This document shows positions 1 through 10,386 of a stretch of 24,655 nucleotides of DNA, piece by piece; the first letter of the stretch is position 1; the number at the start of each line of letters is the position of its first letter. This DNA is from Candidatus Rokuibacteriota bacterium. Its GTDB lineage: Bacteria > Methylomirabilota > Methylomirabilia > Rokubacteriales > CSP1-6. The translations under genes and the position numbers were made by a program. The notes beneath the pieces are model-generated. The model had not been told where the DNA came from and did not search any database. It saw only the letters and a list, made by a program, of their open reading frames with translations. The DNA lies in assembly GCA_016184305.1 (NCBI GenBank), contig JACPCX010000150.1, positions 1 to 24,655 on the forward strand, read 5' to 3'.

Positions 1-89
1 GCTTCATCTTCTCCCGCGCCGACACCCCGGCCGAGGCGGAGGCCGCGCTCCGCCAGGCCCACGCCTGCCTCCGCTTCGTCATCCGGTAG
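1..89 (+). CDS. Partial 3' end of a probable ATP-grasp family protein
   Basis: Frame from base 3 reads FIFSRADTPAEAEAALRQAHACLRFVIR-TAG(87-89), resembling the C-terminal tail of ATP-grasp ligase-like proteins. Only 28 codons are visible. Confidence 0.5.
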   Translation, partial: FIFSRADTPAEAEAALRQAHACLRFVIR

Positions 90-170
90 CCAGATCCACG
101 GGCGGGCGGATCCTCGGCACGGGCCGCATCGGCGGGCGGGAAACCGGACCCGGTTCTCGGCCCCGATCGC

Positions 171-176
171 TATAAT
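171..176 (+). promoter_or_regulatory. Sigma70-type -10 element (TATAAT), probably for a leaderless mntA-hepT transcript
   Basis: Perfect TATAAT in a GC-rich context, 6 nt before ATG 183, with no Shine-Dalgarno (SD) sequence. Confidence 0.65.
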
Positions 177-182
177 GCCGGC

Positions 183-605
183 ATGATCCGCGAGAAACCC
201 CTTCCGTCGGACATCCAGGCGCGGCTCCACACGCTGGGTCTGGCGCTGGAGGTCTGCCCGGCCGTGGTCTTCGCCTACCTCTTCGGGAGCGCGGCGACGG
301 GCACGCTCCGTCCCCTGAGCGACGTGGACGTGGCTGTCTATCTCGATGAATCGCTGGACGCGGTGGACGCCCGGCTGGAGGTTCTCGGACTGCTCACCAC
401 GCACCTCGGCACCGACGAGGTTGACCTCGTGGTTCTCAACACCGCCCCCACGGCCCTGGTGGGGCGGATCCTCGGCGCGCGTCGGGTCATCCGCGACGCC
501 GCCCCGTTCCTCCGTCACCGCTTCGAGTCGCTGGCGCTTCGCAAGTTCCTGGACTTCCGGATCGTGGAGCACCGGCTCCTGTCCCGGAGATTCGCTCGTG
601 GTTGA
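183..605 (+). CDS. mntA: MntA-type minimal nucleotidyltransferase antitoxin (type VII TA)
   Basis: 140 aa with GS-X10-DXD motif (GSAATGTLRPLSDVD) and VDLVVLN; overlaps the downstream HEPN gene by 8 nt. Confidence 0.9.
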   Translation: MIREKPLPSDIQARLHTLGLALEVCPAVVFAYLFGSAATGTLRPLSDVDVAVYLDESLDAVDARLEVLGLLTTHLGTDEVDLVVLNTAPTALVGRILGARRVIRDAAPFLRHRFESLALRKFLDFRIVEHRLLSRRFARG

Positions 606-1011
606 CCGGGACCTCCTCCTCCGCAAGCTGGCGGACCTCGACCAGTACCTGGCTCAGGTCTCGGAGTACCGAGGCATCACCGTCGACGAGTATCGCCGGG
701 ACTGGAAGGTCCAGCGGATCGTCGAGCGGACCCTCCAGATGGCCATCGAGGTGTGCGTTGACGTGGCGACGCACGTCATCGCCGACCGCGGTCTCCGTGT
801 TCCGGCCACCTATGCCGAGGCCTTCGATGTCCTGGGCGAGGGCGGCCTGCTCGATCCCGGGCTCAGAGCCGAGATGGTCCGCATGGCCGGGTTCCGCAAC
901 GTCCTCGTCCACGAGTACACGCGGGTAGATCCCGAGATCGTCGTCGGGATCCTCGAGGGGCACCTGGACGACCTCGCGCGATTCAGGACCGCCGCGCTCG
1001 CCTGGCGATAA
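598..1011 (+). CDS. hepT: HepT-like HEPN ribonuclease toxin (DUF86)
   Basis: Probable GTG start at 598 (MVDRDLLLRKL..., 137 aa); ERTLQMAIE segment and R-X4-H-X-Y motif RNVLVHEY. This is the C-terminal part of ORF 346..1011. Confidence 0.9.
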   Translation: MVDRDLLLRKLADLDQYLAQVSEYRGITVDEYRRDWKVQRIVERTLQMAIEVCVDVATHVIADRGLRVPATYAEAFDVLGEGGLLDPGLRAEMVRMAGFRNVLVHEYTRVDPEIVVGILEGHLDDLARFRTAALAWR

Positions 1012-1037
1012 CGAAGCCGGCGGGCCGGCCGCGCGCC

Positions 1038-1829
1038 TTAGCCCTCGCCGAGTTGCGGGGCCGGGCCGCCGTCCACGATGATGGTCTCTCCCGTCATGAA
1101 GGACGAGGCGTCCGAGGCGAGGAAGACGCACGGGTAGGCGATCTCGTCCACCCGGCCCCAGCGGCCCATGCCCACGCGGCTCGCCACCGCGTCGTAGGTC
1201 TTCTGGGCGTCGGGGTTGGTCTTGTGGAGGACGTCGAGGTAGCCCTCCGTCTCCACGGGGCCGGGCGCGACGCCGTTGACGCGGATGCCCTGGCGGCCCC
1301 ACGCCATGCCGAGCGTGCGGGTGAAGTTGATGACGGCGGCCTTGGCGGCGCCGTAATGGGGCATCATCGTCGAGCCGTAGACGCCGGCGATGGAGGAGAT
1401 GTTGATGATGACGCCTCGGCCCTGGCTCATCATCTGGCGCCCGGCCCACTTGCAGCCGAAGAAGACGCCGTTGAGGTTGATGCCGATCACGGCGTTCCAG
1501 CCGTTGGGCGAGATGTCCTCGGGCTTGGAGCGGAACGAGGCGCCGGCATTGTTCACCATGATGTCGAGCCGCCCGAGATCGCGAGCCGTGCGCTCCACCA
1601 GCTCCTTCACGCCCTCTTCCTGGCGGACGTCCACCGCGATGGCGAGCGACCGGCGTCCCAGCGCCTTGATCTCGGCGACCACGGCCTCCAGGTGCTCCAG
1701 CTTGCGGCTGGCGACGACGACGTCGGCCCCGGCGCGGGCGAACTCGAGCGAGATGGAGCGGCCGATGCCCAAGCCCCCACCGGTGACGATGGCGATCTTG
1801 CCTTCCAGCGAGAACGGTGACGCTGCCAT
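1038..1829 (-). CDS. SDR family NAD(P)-dependent oxidoreductase
   Basis: TGGGLGIG Rossmann motif, NNAG, catalytic YGAAK; SD AGGAGA upstream. Confidence 0.93.
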   Translation of the reverse strand: MAASPFSLEGKIAIVTGGGLGIGRSISLEFARAGADVVVASRKLEHLEAVVAEIKALGRRSLAIAVDVRQEEGVKELVERTARDLGRLDIMVNNAGASFRSKPEDISPNGWNAVIGINLNGVFFGCKWAGRQMMSQGRGVIINISSIAGVYGSTMMPHYGAAKAAVINFTRTLGMAWGRQGIRVNGVAPGPVETEGYLDVLHKTNPDAQKTYDAVASRVGMGRWGRVDEIAYPCVFLASDASSFMTGETIIVDGGPAPQLGEG

Positions 1830-1859
1830 AGATTCTCCTGTTCTTGTCGCGCGCGGGGA

Positions 1860-2708
1860 TTATCCCCCGCGTCCGACGCGCGCGAAGGCGGCTGGCGGGG
1901 GGCTCTCGAAGCGCATGGCGGCGCCGGTGGACGGGTGGACGAAACCGAGCCGCGTGGCGTGCAGACACAGCCGCCGGAGCGGGTTGCGGGTGCTGCCGTG
2001 GAGCGTGTCGCCCGCGATCGGATGGCCGAGATCGGAGAGCTGGACGCGGATCTGCTGGCGCCGCCCGGTCCCGAGCGACAGCTCGAGCAGCGTCGCATTC
2101 TGCCGCCGCTCCAGGACGCGGTAGTGGGTGACGGCCTCCCGTCCCTCCCGCGCGGCGTGGACGCGCAGCCCGCGATCCTGGGCGAGGTGCGCGATCAGCG
2201 TGGCCCGGTCCTGCGTCACGCGGCCCTCCACCACGGCGACGTAGACGCGCTCCGCCGCGCGGGCCTCGAACTGCTCCTGCAGCTTCCGCTTGGCGGCGGG
2301 CGTCTTGGCGAAGACGAGGAGCCCCGAGGTCTCACGGTCGAGCCGGTGCACGATGAACGGGCGCCGCGTCGGCCGCTCGGCCGCGAGGTAGCTCCAGAGC
2401 ATCCGGTACGCCGTGCGCTCGCGCTCGCGGTCCGTCGCGATGGTGAGGAGCCCGGGGGGCTTGTCGATGACCAGGAGATCGGCGTCCTCGTGGACGAGAC
2501 GGAGCGCGGACGGGAAGGGGACGCGGGAGGCCTGCCCGCCGAGGGCGACCGCGTCGCGGGGGCCCACCACGGCCCGCCCGTCACGTACCACCGTGCCGTT
2601 GACGCGGACGCGCCCGTCGCGGAGCCACTGGCGGAGGCTCGTCCCCGAGGCCTCGGGGAAGATCGCGCGGAGCCGCTCCATCATGGTGGCTCCTGTGGCT
2701 CTCGGCAT
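1860..2708 (-). CDS. RluA/RluD family pseudouridine synthase with N-terminal S4-like domain
   Basis: Motifs IDKPPGL, catalytic HRLDRETSG, TGRRQQIR, HPIAGD and LCLHA. Confidence 0.93.
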   Translation of the reverse strand: MPRATGATMMERLRAIFPEASGTSLRQWLRDGRVRVNGTVVRDGRAVVGPRDAVALGGQASRVPFPSALRLVHEDADLLVIDKPPGLLTIATDRERERTAYRMLWSYLAAERPTRRPFIVHRLDRETSGLLVFAKTPAAKRKLQEQFEARAAERVYVAVVEGRVTQDRATLIAHLAQDRGLRVHAAREGREAVTHYRVLERRQNATLLELSLGTGRRQQIRVQLSDLGHPIAGDTLHGSTRNPLRRLCLHATRLGFVHPSTGAAMRFESPPPAAFARVGRGG

Positions 2709-2711
2709 GGC

Positions 2712-5200
2712 TCACTCCCGGCGGAGGACGCCGAGAGGCGGATGTCCGAGGAGGCGGAAGGTGCCGAGGAAGCCCACGGCGAGGGCCAGCGCGGCGGGGC
2801 CCGCCACCCCCAGCGCGAGCGTGGTCGGCTGCCAGCCCCACGGCAGCTCGAGGAAGAACTGCTCGACGGTCCAGGCGAGCACGGCAGCCAGCGCCGTCCC
2901 GGCGAGCCCGGCCGCCACGCCGAGGAGCGCGTACTCCACCGCGAAGGCGCGAGCCAGGACGCTCCGCGTGGCGCCCACGGCCTTGAGGATCACCGACTCG
3001 TACAGCCGCTGGCGGCGCGTCACGGCCAGCGCGCCCGCGAGCACCACCAGCCCCGCCACCACCGTGAAGCCCGCCACGAGCCGGATCGCGAGCGCGATCT
3101 GGTCCACGATGGCGGCCACACGCTCGAGAACCTCGCGCACCGGGATGGCGGTCACGTTGGGGAAGGCCGCGACGACCGCCGCCTGGACGGCGGCCTCGCG
3201 GTCGGGGTGCGCGCGCGCCGTGGCGAGGTAGGTCGCCGGCGCGCCGGCGAGCGCGCCCTGGGAAAAGATCACGAAGAAGTTGGCGCCGAGGCTCCGCCAG
3301 TCCACCTTCCTGAGGCTCACGACCCGGGCCGACAGGGTCACGCCCTGGATGTCGAAGGCGAGCATGTCGCCGAGGGCAACCCCGAGCGTTCGCGCGATCT
3401 CCTCCTCCACGGAGATGAGCGGCTCGCGCGCCGCCTCCGCCGCCGTCCACCAGCGTCCGGCCACCACGGTGTCGCGCCCCGGTGGGGCCGCCGCCCAGGT
3501 GAGGACGTACTCGCGGGTGAGGTACCACTGCTCGTCGCGCCGGCCGGCGTCGGGGACCACGGGGACCCCCTTGATCGCCGCGAGCCGCGAGCGCACCACC
3601 GGGATCAGCTCGGGAGGCGCCTCGCCGCCCGTCTCGGCGACGACGCGGGCGAAGCGCTCGGCCTGATCCGGCTGGACGTCCACGAAGAAGAAGGCGGGCG
3701 CCCGCGTGGGGCTGCGGCCGGAGATCTCGTTGCGGAGGCTCGTCTCGAGGAGGGCGACGGAGACGATGAGCATGACGGCGAGCCCGAGCGTCACGAGCAC
3801 GGCCCCCGCATGACCGCCGGGACGGTGGAGCGCGGCCGTCCCCTGGCGCCAGACAAGGGGACCCCGGCGCGGCAGTCGGCGAGACAGTGCGATGGTGCCC
3901 CGCGCTCCCAGGAGCAGCAGGCCCAGGCCCGCGGCGACGCCTCCGACGAAGAGGCCCCCGACCTTCCACGAGCCGGCCTGCCAGAGCGCCAGCGCCGCGA
4001 GCCCCGCCGCGATTGGGAGCGCCGCGGCCCAGGGACGCCGCCCGGGGAGGGTGGCCTCCACGTCACGGCGCAGGATCAGGGCCGGAGGCACTTGGCGAAT
4101 CTCGAGCAGCGGCCAGAGCGAGCAGAGCAGCGTGACGCCGAGCCCCATGGCGATGCCGCGCAGGACCGCGCCCGAGGAGACGACCGACTCCACCTCGAAG
4201 GGCAGCAGCGCGGAGAGGAACGGGGCGAGCAGCGGCTGGAGCCCCGTGCCGAGGGCAGCGCCGAGCGTCCCTCCGGCGAGCCCCAGCACGACCGCCTGAG
4301 CGAGGTAGACCCCCAGCACCTGGCGCCAGCCGGCGCCGAGGCATTTGAGGATGGCGATGGTCTGCAGCCGCTCGCGGATGAAGGCGGTGACGCTCGAGCC
4401 GACGCCGATGCCTCCCACCAGGAGCGCCACGAGCCCGGTGAGGCCGAGGTAGAGCGTGAGCTGCTCCCAGAAGCGGCGGAGCCCCGGCTGCGCCTGGCGG
4501 AAGGTCGTGATGCGGAGGGCCGGATCCGGGAGGAGTGAGGTCAGCCGCTCGCGGAGGACTTCCGGCTCCTCGCCCGCGGGCAGCCGGAGCAGGGTGCGGT
4601 GGCGGACCCGGCTGCCGGGCTGGACGAGGCCGGTGGCGCCGAGGTCGTCCGCGGCGATCAAGACGCGCGGGCCGAGGGAGAAGACACCGGCCGAGCGGTC
4701 GGGCTCCCCGGTGATGCGCCCGGTGATGGTGAACGCCGCCCCGCCGATGTGCAGGGGCTCGCCGACCGTGAGCCCGAGACGCGCAAGCAGCGCGTCGTGG
4801 ACGAGCGCGCGCCCGTCCCCGATGAGCGAGCCGAGCGAGCGGTCGGGGTCAGTGGTGAGCCGGCCGTAGAACGGGTAGCCGGGCGGCACGGCCTTCAGCT
4901 CGATCAGTGCACTCGCCTGCCCTGTCCGCGCCATGGCGGCGAGCTCCAGCACGCGCATGCGTGCCACGCCCTCCCGCGCCAGCGCGGCGAGCACGGCGTC
5001 CGCCTCGGCGGAGAGCGGCCGCGTCGAGCGGATCTCCACATCCGCGCCCGTGAGCGACTTGGCCGAGCGGCCGACGGTGCGCTCCAGGCTGTCGGCGAAG
5101 CTGCCCACGGCCACGAGCGCGCCCACGCCGAGCGCGACGCAGGCGAGCGCGTACCCGAAGTGCCGCCAGGCCCCGCGCATCTCGCGCGCGCACAACCGGA

Positions 5201-5204
<4 letters not shown>
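2712..5204 (-). CDS. YbbP-like ABC transporter permease (double FtsX/MacB domain)
   Basis: 830 aa with two transmembrane clusters (AILKCLGA, ILKAVGA) and FFFVDVQPDQ; 4-nt overlap with the ATPase gene. Confidence 0.9.
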
Positions 5205-5899
<695 letters not shown>

Positions 5900-5901
5900 A
5901 C

Positions 5902-5908
5902 TACACTA
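5902..5908. promoter_or_regulatory. Candidate overlapping bidirectional -10 elements
   Basis: TACACT on + (5902-5907) and TAGTGT on - (5908-5903), inside a 14-nt gap between divergent genes. Confidence 0.5.
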
Positions 5909-5913
5909 CGCGC

Positions 5914-6546
5914 ATGCGCCTCTCCCGTCGCCTCCGGCTCGTCCAGGCGGTCCTCGTCGCCCTCGTGCTCTGCCTCGCGTCGCGCACCGGAGCGCTCCCC
6001 GCGGAGCGCGTCGTGTTGTGCTTCGGCGACAGCCTCACGGCGGGGCTCGGCGTCGCCCCTGACGAGGCGTATCCGGCGCTCCTGGGGGCGAGGCTCCACG
6101 CGGCGGGGTACCGCTATCGAGTCGTCAACGCGGGGGTCTCGGGCGACACCACCGCCGGCGGCCTCCGGCGCGTGGACTGGGCGCTTCGGCTCACTCCCGA
6201 CATCGTGATCCTCGCGCTGGGCGCCAATGACGGGCTGCGCGGCCAGGATCTCGCCGGCGTCCGGGCGAACCTCGACCAGCTGGTGGAGCGCTTCCAGCGG
6301 TCCGGCGCCCGCGTGCTCCTGGCGGGCATGCGGCTCCCGCCCAACTATGGCAGGCCCTACGCCGAGGACTTCCGGCGGATGTACGCGGCGGTGGCCCGCA
6401 ACCGCGGGTTGCCCTTCATGCCCTTCCTCCTCGACGGCGTCGGCGGCAATCCCCGTCTCAACCAGCCCGACGGCATCCACCCGACCGCCGAGGGCCACCG
6501 CCTCATCGCCGAGCGCCTCTGGCCTCACCTCCGCCCCCTCCTCTAG
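5914..6546 (+). CDS. TesA-like SGNH/GDSL arylesterase / acyl-CoA thioesterase I, exported
   Basis: Signal peptide, FGDSLTAG, NAGVSGDTT, LGANDG, DGIHP; divergent from ybbA/ybbP-like genes as in the known tesA-ybbAP arrangement. Confidence 0.92.
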   Translation: MRLSRRLRLVQAVLVALVLCLASRTGALPAERVVLCFGDSLTAGLGVAPDEAYPALLGARLHAAGYRYRVVNAGVSGDTTAGGLRRVDWALRLTPDIVILALGANDGLRGQDLAGVRANLDQLVERFQRSGARVLLAGMRLPPNYGRPYAEDFRRMYAAVARNRGLPFMPFLLDGVGGNPRLNQPDGIHPTAEGHRLIAERLWPHLRPLL

Positions 6547-6684
6547 GGGTCAGGTCTTGCAATCCGACACGTAGCCCCGGCCCCACCGCTCTTGCGCTCC
6601 CAGCGGCACACGATGACGGGCCCCTGACCCGCATCCCAAGGCAAGACGCACCCCTGCGGATGTCGGAATGCAAGACCTGACCCC
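6546..6684. repeat. 139-bp MITE/REP-like element with 24-bp terminal inverted repeats
   Basis: GGGGTCAGGTCTTGCAATCCGACA (6546-6569) matches the reverse complement of TGTCGGAATGCAAGACCTGACCCC (6661-6684) at 23/24 positions. Confidence 0.85.
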
Positions 6685-6765
6685 CCTGAGGCGAGCGGCT
6701 CTGGCTCCATCTGCGCCCACTGCTGACGCGGTAGCTGTCGGCCCGAGGTCCGGAGCCTGAGTCAT

Positions 6766-6794
6766 TTGCATCAGGGGCCATTCCCGCCTACGAT
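6766..6794 (+). promoter_or_regulatory. Candidate sigma70 promoter for the oxidoreductase
   Basis: TTGCAT(6766-6771)-17 bp-TACGAT(6789-6794). Confidence 0.55.
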
Positions 6795-6839
6795 GAGCAC
6801 GTCGGCTCGACCCCCCGACCCCATGAGAAGAGAGGGCAC

Positions 6840-9800
6840 ATGACGACGAGCTCCGCGTCCGGTTTCTCGCTGGAGAGCAAGTACACCCTGGAGCAGGGGA
6901 CGATCTTTCTCAGCGGCATCCAGGCCCTCGTCCGCCTGCCTCTCGACCAGCACCGCGCCGATCGCCAGCGCGGACTCAGGACGGCGACCTTCATCTCCGG
7001 CTACCGGGGCTCTCCGCTGGGCGGCTTCGACCTCACCCTCGAGCGGCTCAAGCCGCTCCTGGCCCAGCACCACGTGGTCTTCTCCTCTGGCCTCAACGAG
7101 GACCTGGGCGCCACGGCCGTCTTCGGCAGCCAGATGGTCAACTCCTTCCCGCGACCGAAATACGACGGCGTGCTCGGCATGTGGTACGGCAAGGCTCCCG
7201 GCGTGGACCGGACGGGGGACGTCTTCAAGCACGCGAACTACGCGGGCACGGGGAAGAACGGTGGCGTCCTGGCCATGGCCGGCGACGACCCCATCTCCAA
7301 ATCCTCCACGCTGCCGAGCCATTCCGAGATCGCCTTCTACGACGCCTTCATGCCGACGCTCTTCCCCGGCAATGTGCAGGAGCTCCTGGACTTCGGGCAG
7401 CACGGGTTCATGCTCTCGCGGACCTCGGGGCTCTGGGTCGGCTTCAAGATCGTCACCAACGTGGCCGACGAGACGGGCACGGCCGAGGTCGCCCCGGAGC
7501 GCATCGCGCCCGTGATCCCGACCGTGGAGCTCGACGGCCGCCCCTTCCAGCACCAGATCAACCTGATGCTCATCCCGCCCTTCGGGCTGGACATGGAGCG
7601 GACCATCCACGCGGCGCGGCTCGAGCTGGCGCGCCGTTACGCGTGGGAGAACAAGCTCAACCGCCTCGCGGCGCCCACGCCAGATGCCTGGCTCGGCATC
7701 CTCACCGCGGGCAAGACGTACTACGACGTGCGCCAGGCCTTGCAGGAGCTCGGGCTCGACGCCGCCGCGCTCCGGCGCTACGGCATCCGCATCCTCCAGA
7801 TGGGGATGCTCTTCCCGATGGAGCCGCGCATCGTGCGGGAGTTCGCCCAGGGGCTCCAGGAAATCCTCGTCATCGAGGAGAAGCGGCCCTACCTCGAGAT
7901 GTTCGCGAAGGACCTCCTCTACGGCTCGCCGGACCGCCCCCGCATCGTCGGCAAGCAGGACGAGGAGGAGCGGTCGCTGCTCCCGTTGACCGGCGAGCTC
8001 GACTCGGACCTGATCGCGCGCGCCATCGCCAAGCGGCTGGCCCGCAAGGCCCGCATCGAGTCGGTGGAGGCGCGGATCCAGCGGCTGGACGAGCTCAAGG
8101 CCCGCCCGCGGGCGCTCACGCTGGCGCGCACGGCGTACTTCTGCTCCGGCTGCCCTCACAATCGCTCGACGGTGGTCCCCGAGGGCAGCGTGGCGGCGGC
8201 GGGCATCGGCTGTCACGGCATGGCCATGGGCATGAACCGCGGCATCGTCGGCGTCACCCACATGGGGGGCGAGGGGGCGCAGTGGGTCGGCGTCGCGCCC
8301 TTCACCGAGACGCCGCACCTCTTCCAGAACATCGGCGACGGCACGCTCTTCCACTCGGGCGGCCTCGCCATCAACTACGCCGTGGCCTCCGGGGTCAACA
8401 TCACCTACAAGATCCTCTACAACGGCGCCGTGGCCATGACGGGCGGTCAGGACGCGGCGGGGGCCTTGCCGATCCCGGCCCTCACGCGCAGGCTCGAGGC
8501 CGAGGGCGTGAAGCGCATCCTCGTCACGACCGACGCCCCCGAGAAGTACCGCGGCGTCTCGCTGGCGGGCATCGCGGAGGTCTGGCACCGCGACCGGCTC
8601 ATCGAGGCGCAGTCGGCGCTGGCCGCGATTCCCGGGGTCACGGTGCTTCTTCACGACCAGCAATGCGCGGCCGAGAAGCGCCGCCTGCGCAAGCGCGGCA
8701 AGCAGGCCGAACCGCAGACGCGCGTGTTCATCAACGAGCGGGTGTGCGAGGGATGCGGCGACTGCGGGAAGAAGTCCAACTGCCTCTCCGTCCAGCCGGT
8801 GGAGACGGAGTTCGGCCGCAAGACCCAGATCCACCAGTCCTCCTGCAACAAGGACTACTCGTGCCTCCTGGGCGACTGCCCCGCCTTCCTCACGGTGGAG
8901 CCCGTGGGCCCGGCACCGCAGAAGGAGCGGCGCCTGACGCCGCTGGAGGCCGAGCTGCCCGAGCCGGCGCTCACAGTCCAGGCCGACGGCTTCGCGCTGC
9001 ACATGATGGGGATCGGCGGGACGGGCGTCGTCACCGTCAGCCAGATCCTCGGCACGGCGGCGATGCTCGACGGCCGGCACGTGCGAGGGCTCGACCAGAC
9101 GGGGCTCAGCCAGAAGGGCGGGCCCGTGGTCTCGGACCTCAAGATCGCCGCCCGTCCCATCGATGGCGCCAACAAGGTGTCGGCCGGCGGAACCGACCTC
9201 TACCTGGGCTTCGACCTGCTGGTCGCCGCCGACTCCGGCAATCTCGACAAGGCCGACCCGGGCCGCACGGTCGCCGTGGTCTCCACCAGCCAGATCCCCA
9301 CCGGGCAGATGGTCGTGGACACCGCGGTGCACTTCCCCGAGCTCGGCAGCACGCTGCTGAGCATCGACCGGGTCTCGCGGAAGGACGAGAACGTCTACCT
9401 CGACGCCGGGGCCATCGCGGAGGGGTTGTTCAGTGACCACATGGCGACCAACCCGCTGATGCTGGGCGCCGCCTATCAGGCCGGGGCCCTGCCTATCTCG
9501 GCCGCCTCCATCGAGCAGGCGATCCGGCTGAACGGGGTGTCGGTGGAGATGAACCTCCTGGCCTTCCGCTGGGGGCGCATGGTGGTGGTGGACGGCAAGC
9601 GCGTGGAGGCCGCGGTCCGCAAGGCCACCGGCCGCGAGATCGAGACCCGGGCGCTCTCACCGGAAGCGCAGCGGCTGGTGGACGCGGCCGGCGTGGAGGG
9701 GGAGACCCGGCGGCTCCTGGAGATGCGGGTGCCCGAGCTGATCGAGTATCAGAGTGTGAGCTACGCCCGCCAGTACACCGACTTCGTCGCCAGGGTCGCC

Positions 9801-10319
9801 CGAGCCGAGGCCGAGCGGGTGCCCGGGGGCACGGGGCTCAGCGAAGCCGTGGCCCGGCATCTCTTCAAGCTCATGGCCTACAAGGACGAGTACGAGGTGG
9901 CGCGCCTGCATCTGGATCCGGCGCTTCGCGCCGAGCTCGAGGCCAGGTTCGGCCAGGCGATCACCTCCCGGTGGCACCTGCACCCGCCGCTTCTCCGGGC
10001 GCTCGGGCTCAAGAAGAAAGTCAAGCTCGGCTCGTGGTTTGCCCCGGCGCTCCGGCTCCTGCGCGCCATGAAGGGGCTGCGCGGGACGGCGCTGGACCCG
10101 TTCGGCCGGGCCGAGGTGCGCCGGGTGGAGCGGGCCCTCCCGGGCGAGTACCGGGCGATCATCGAGACCGTCTTGACAATGCTCGCCCCGGCGACCCACG
10201 ATACCGCGGTGGCCATCGGGGAGCTGCCCGACCAGATCCGCGGCTACGAGGCCATCAAGCTCGAGAACGTGAAGCGATTCCGGGACGCGGCACGGCAGCT
10301 CATGGCGACACTCAACTGA
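6840..10319 (+). CDS. Indolepyruvate:ferredoxin oxidoreductase family protein, single-chain fused form
   Basis: 1159 aa; ISGYRGSPLGG, FCSGCPHN, TPP-binding GDGTLFHSG, ferredoxin-type CEGCGDC...C, GIGGTGVVT, C-terminal AYKDEYEVARL. Confidence 0.93.
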   Translation: MTTSSASGFSLESKYTLEQGTIFLSGIQALVRLPLDQHRADRQRGLRTATFISGYRGSPLGGFDLTLERLKPLLAQHHVVFSSGLNEDLGATAVFGSQMVNSFPRPKYDGVLGMWYGKAPGVDRTGDVFKHANYAGTGKNGGVLAMAGDDPISKSSTLPSHSEIAFYDAFMPTLFPGNVQELLDFGQHGFMLSRTSGLWVGFKIVTNVADETGTAEVAPERIAPVIPTVELDGRPFQHQINLMLIPPFGLDMERTIHAARLELARRYAWENKLNRLAAPTPDAWLGILTAGKTYYDVRQALQELGLDAAALRRYGIRILQMGMLFPMEPRIVREFAQGLQEILVIEEKRPYLEMFAKDLLYGSPDRPRIVGKQDEEERSLLPLTGELDSDLIARAIAKRLARKARIESVEARIQRLDELKARPRALTLARTAYFCSGCPHNRSTVVPEGSVAAAGIGCHGMAMGMNRGIVGVTHMGGEGAQWVGVAPFTETPHLFQNIGDGTLFHSGGLAINYAVASGVNITYKILYNGAVAMTGGQDAAGALPIPALTRRLEAEGVKRILVTTDAPEKYRGVSLAGIAEVWHRDRLIEAQSALAAIPGVTVLLHDQQCAAEKRRLRKRGKQAEPQTRVFINERVCEGCGDCGKKSNCLSVQPVETEFGRKTQIHQSSCNKDYSCLLGDCPAFLTVEPVGPAPQKERRLTPLEAELPEPALTVQADGFALHMMGIGGTGVVTVSQILGTAAMLDGRHVRGLDQTGLSQKGGPVVSDLKIAARPIDGANKVSAGGTDLYLGFDLLVAADSGNLDKADPGRTVAVVSTSQIPTGQMVVDTAVHFPELGSTLLSIDRVSRKDENVYLDAGAIAEGLFSDHMATNPLMLGAAYQAGALPISAASIEQAIRLNGVSVEMNLLAFRWGRMVVVDGKRVEAAVRKATGREIETRALSPEAQRLVDAAGVEGETRRLLEMRVPELIEYQSVSYARQYTDFVARVARAEAERVPGGTGLSEAVARHLFKLMAYKDEYEVARLHLDPALRAELEARFGQAITSRWHLHPPLLRALGLKKKVKLGSWFAPALRLLRAMKGLRGTALDPFGRAEVRRVERALPGEYRAIIETVLTMLAPATHDTAVAIGELPDQIRGYEAIKLENVKRFRDAARQLMATLN

Positions 10320-10386
10320 CGGAGGGGGCAGAACCGTGAGACGGCTCCTGGTGATGATCGTGAAGTAAACGTAGGGATTGCCCCGC

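Noticed and set aside
346..597. N-terminal extensions in the ORF track (HepT from 346; also 11349, 15898, 17361, 21709)
   Set aside because: They overlap upstream genes or repeats; family homology and SD or promoter signals indicate starts at 598, 11496, 16258, 18102 and 21826.
1012..1037. Intrinsic terminator between hepT and the SDR gene
   Set aside because: Only a 5-bp GC stem (GCCGG-cggg-CCGGC) with no U tract on either strand.
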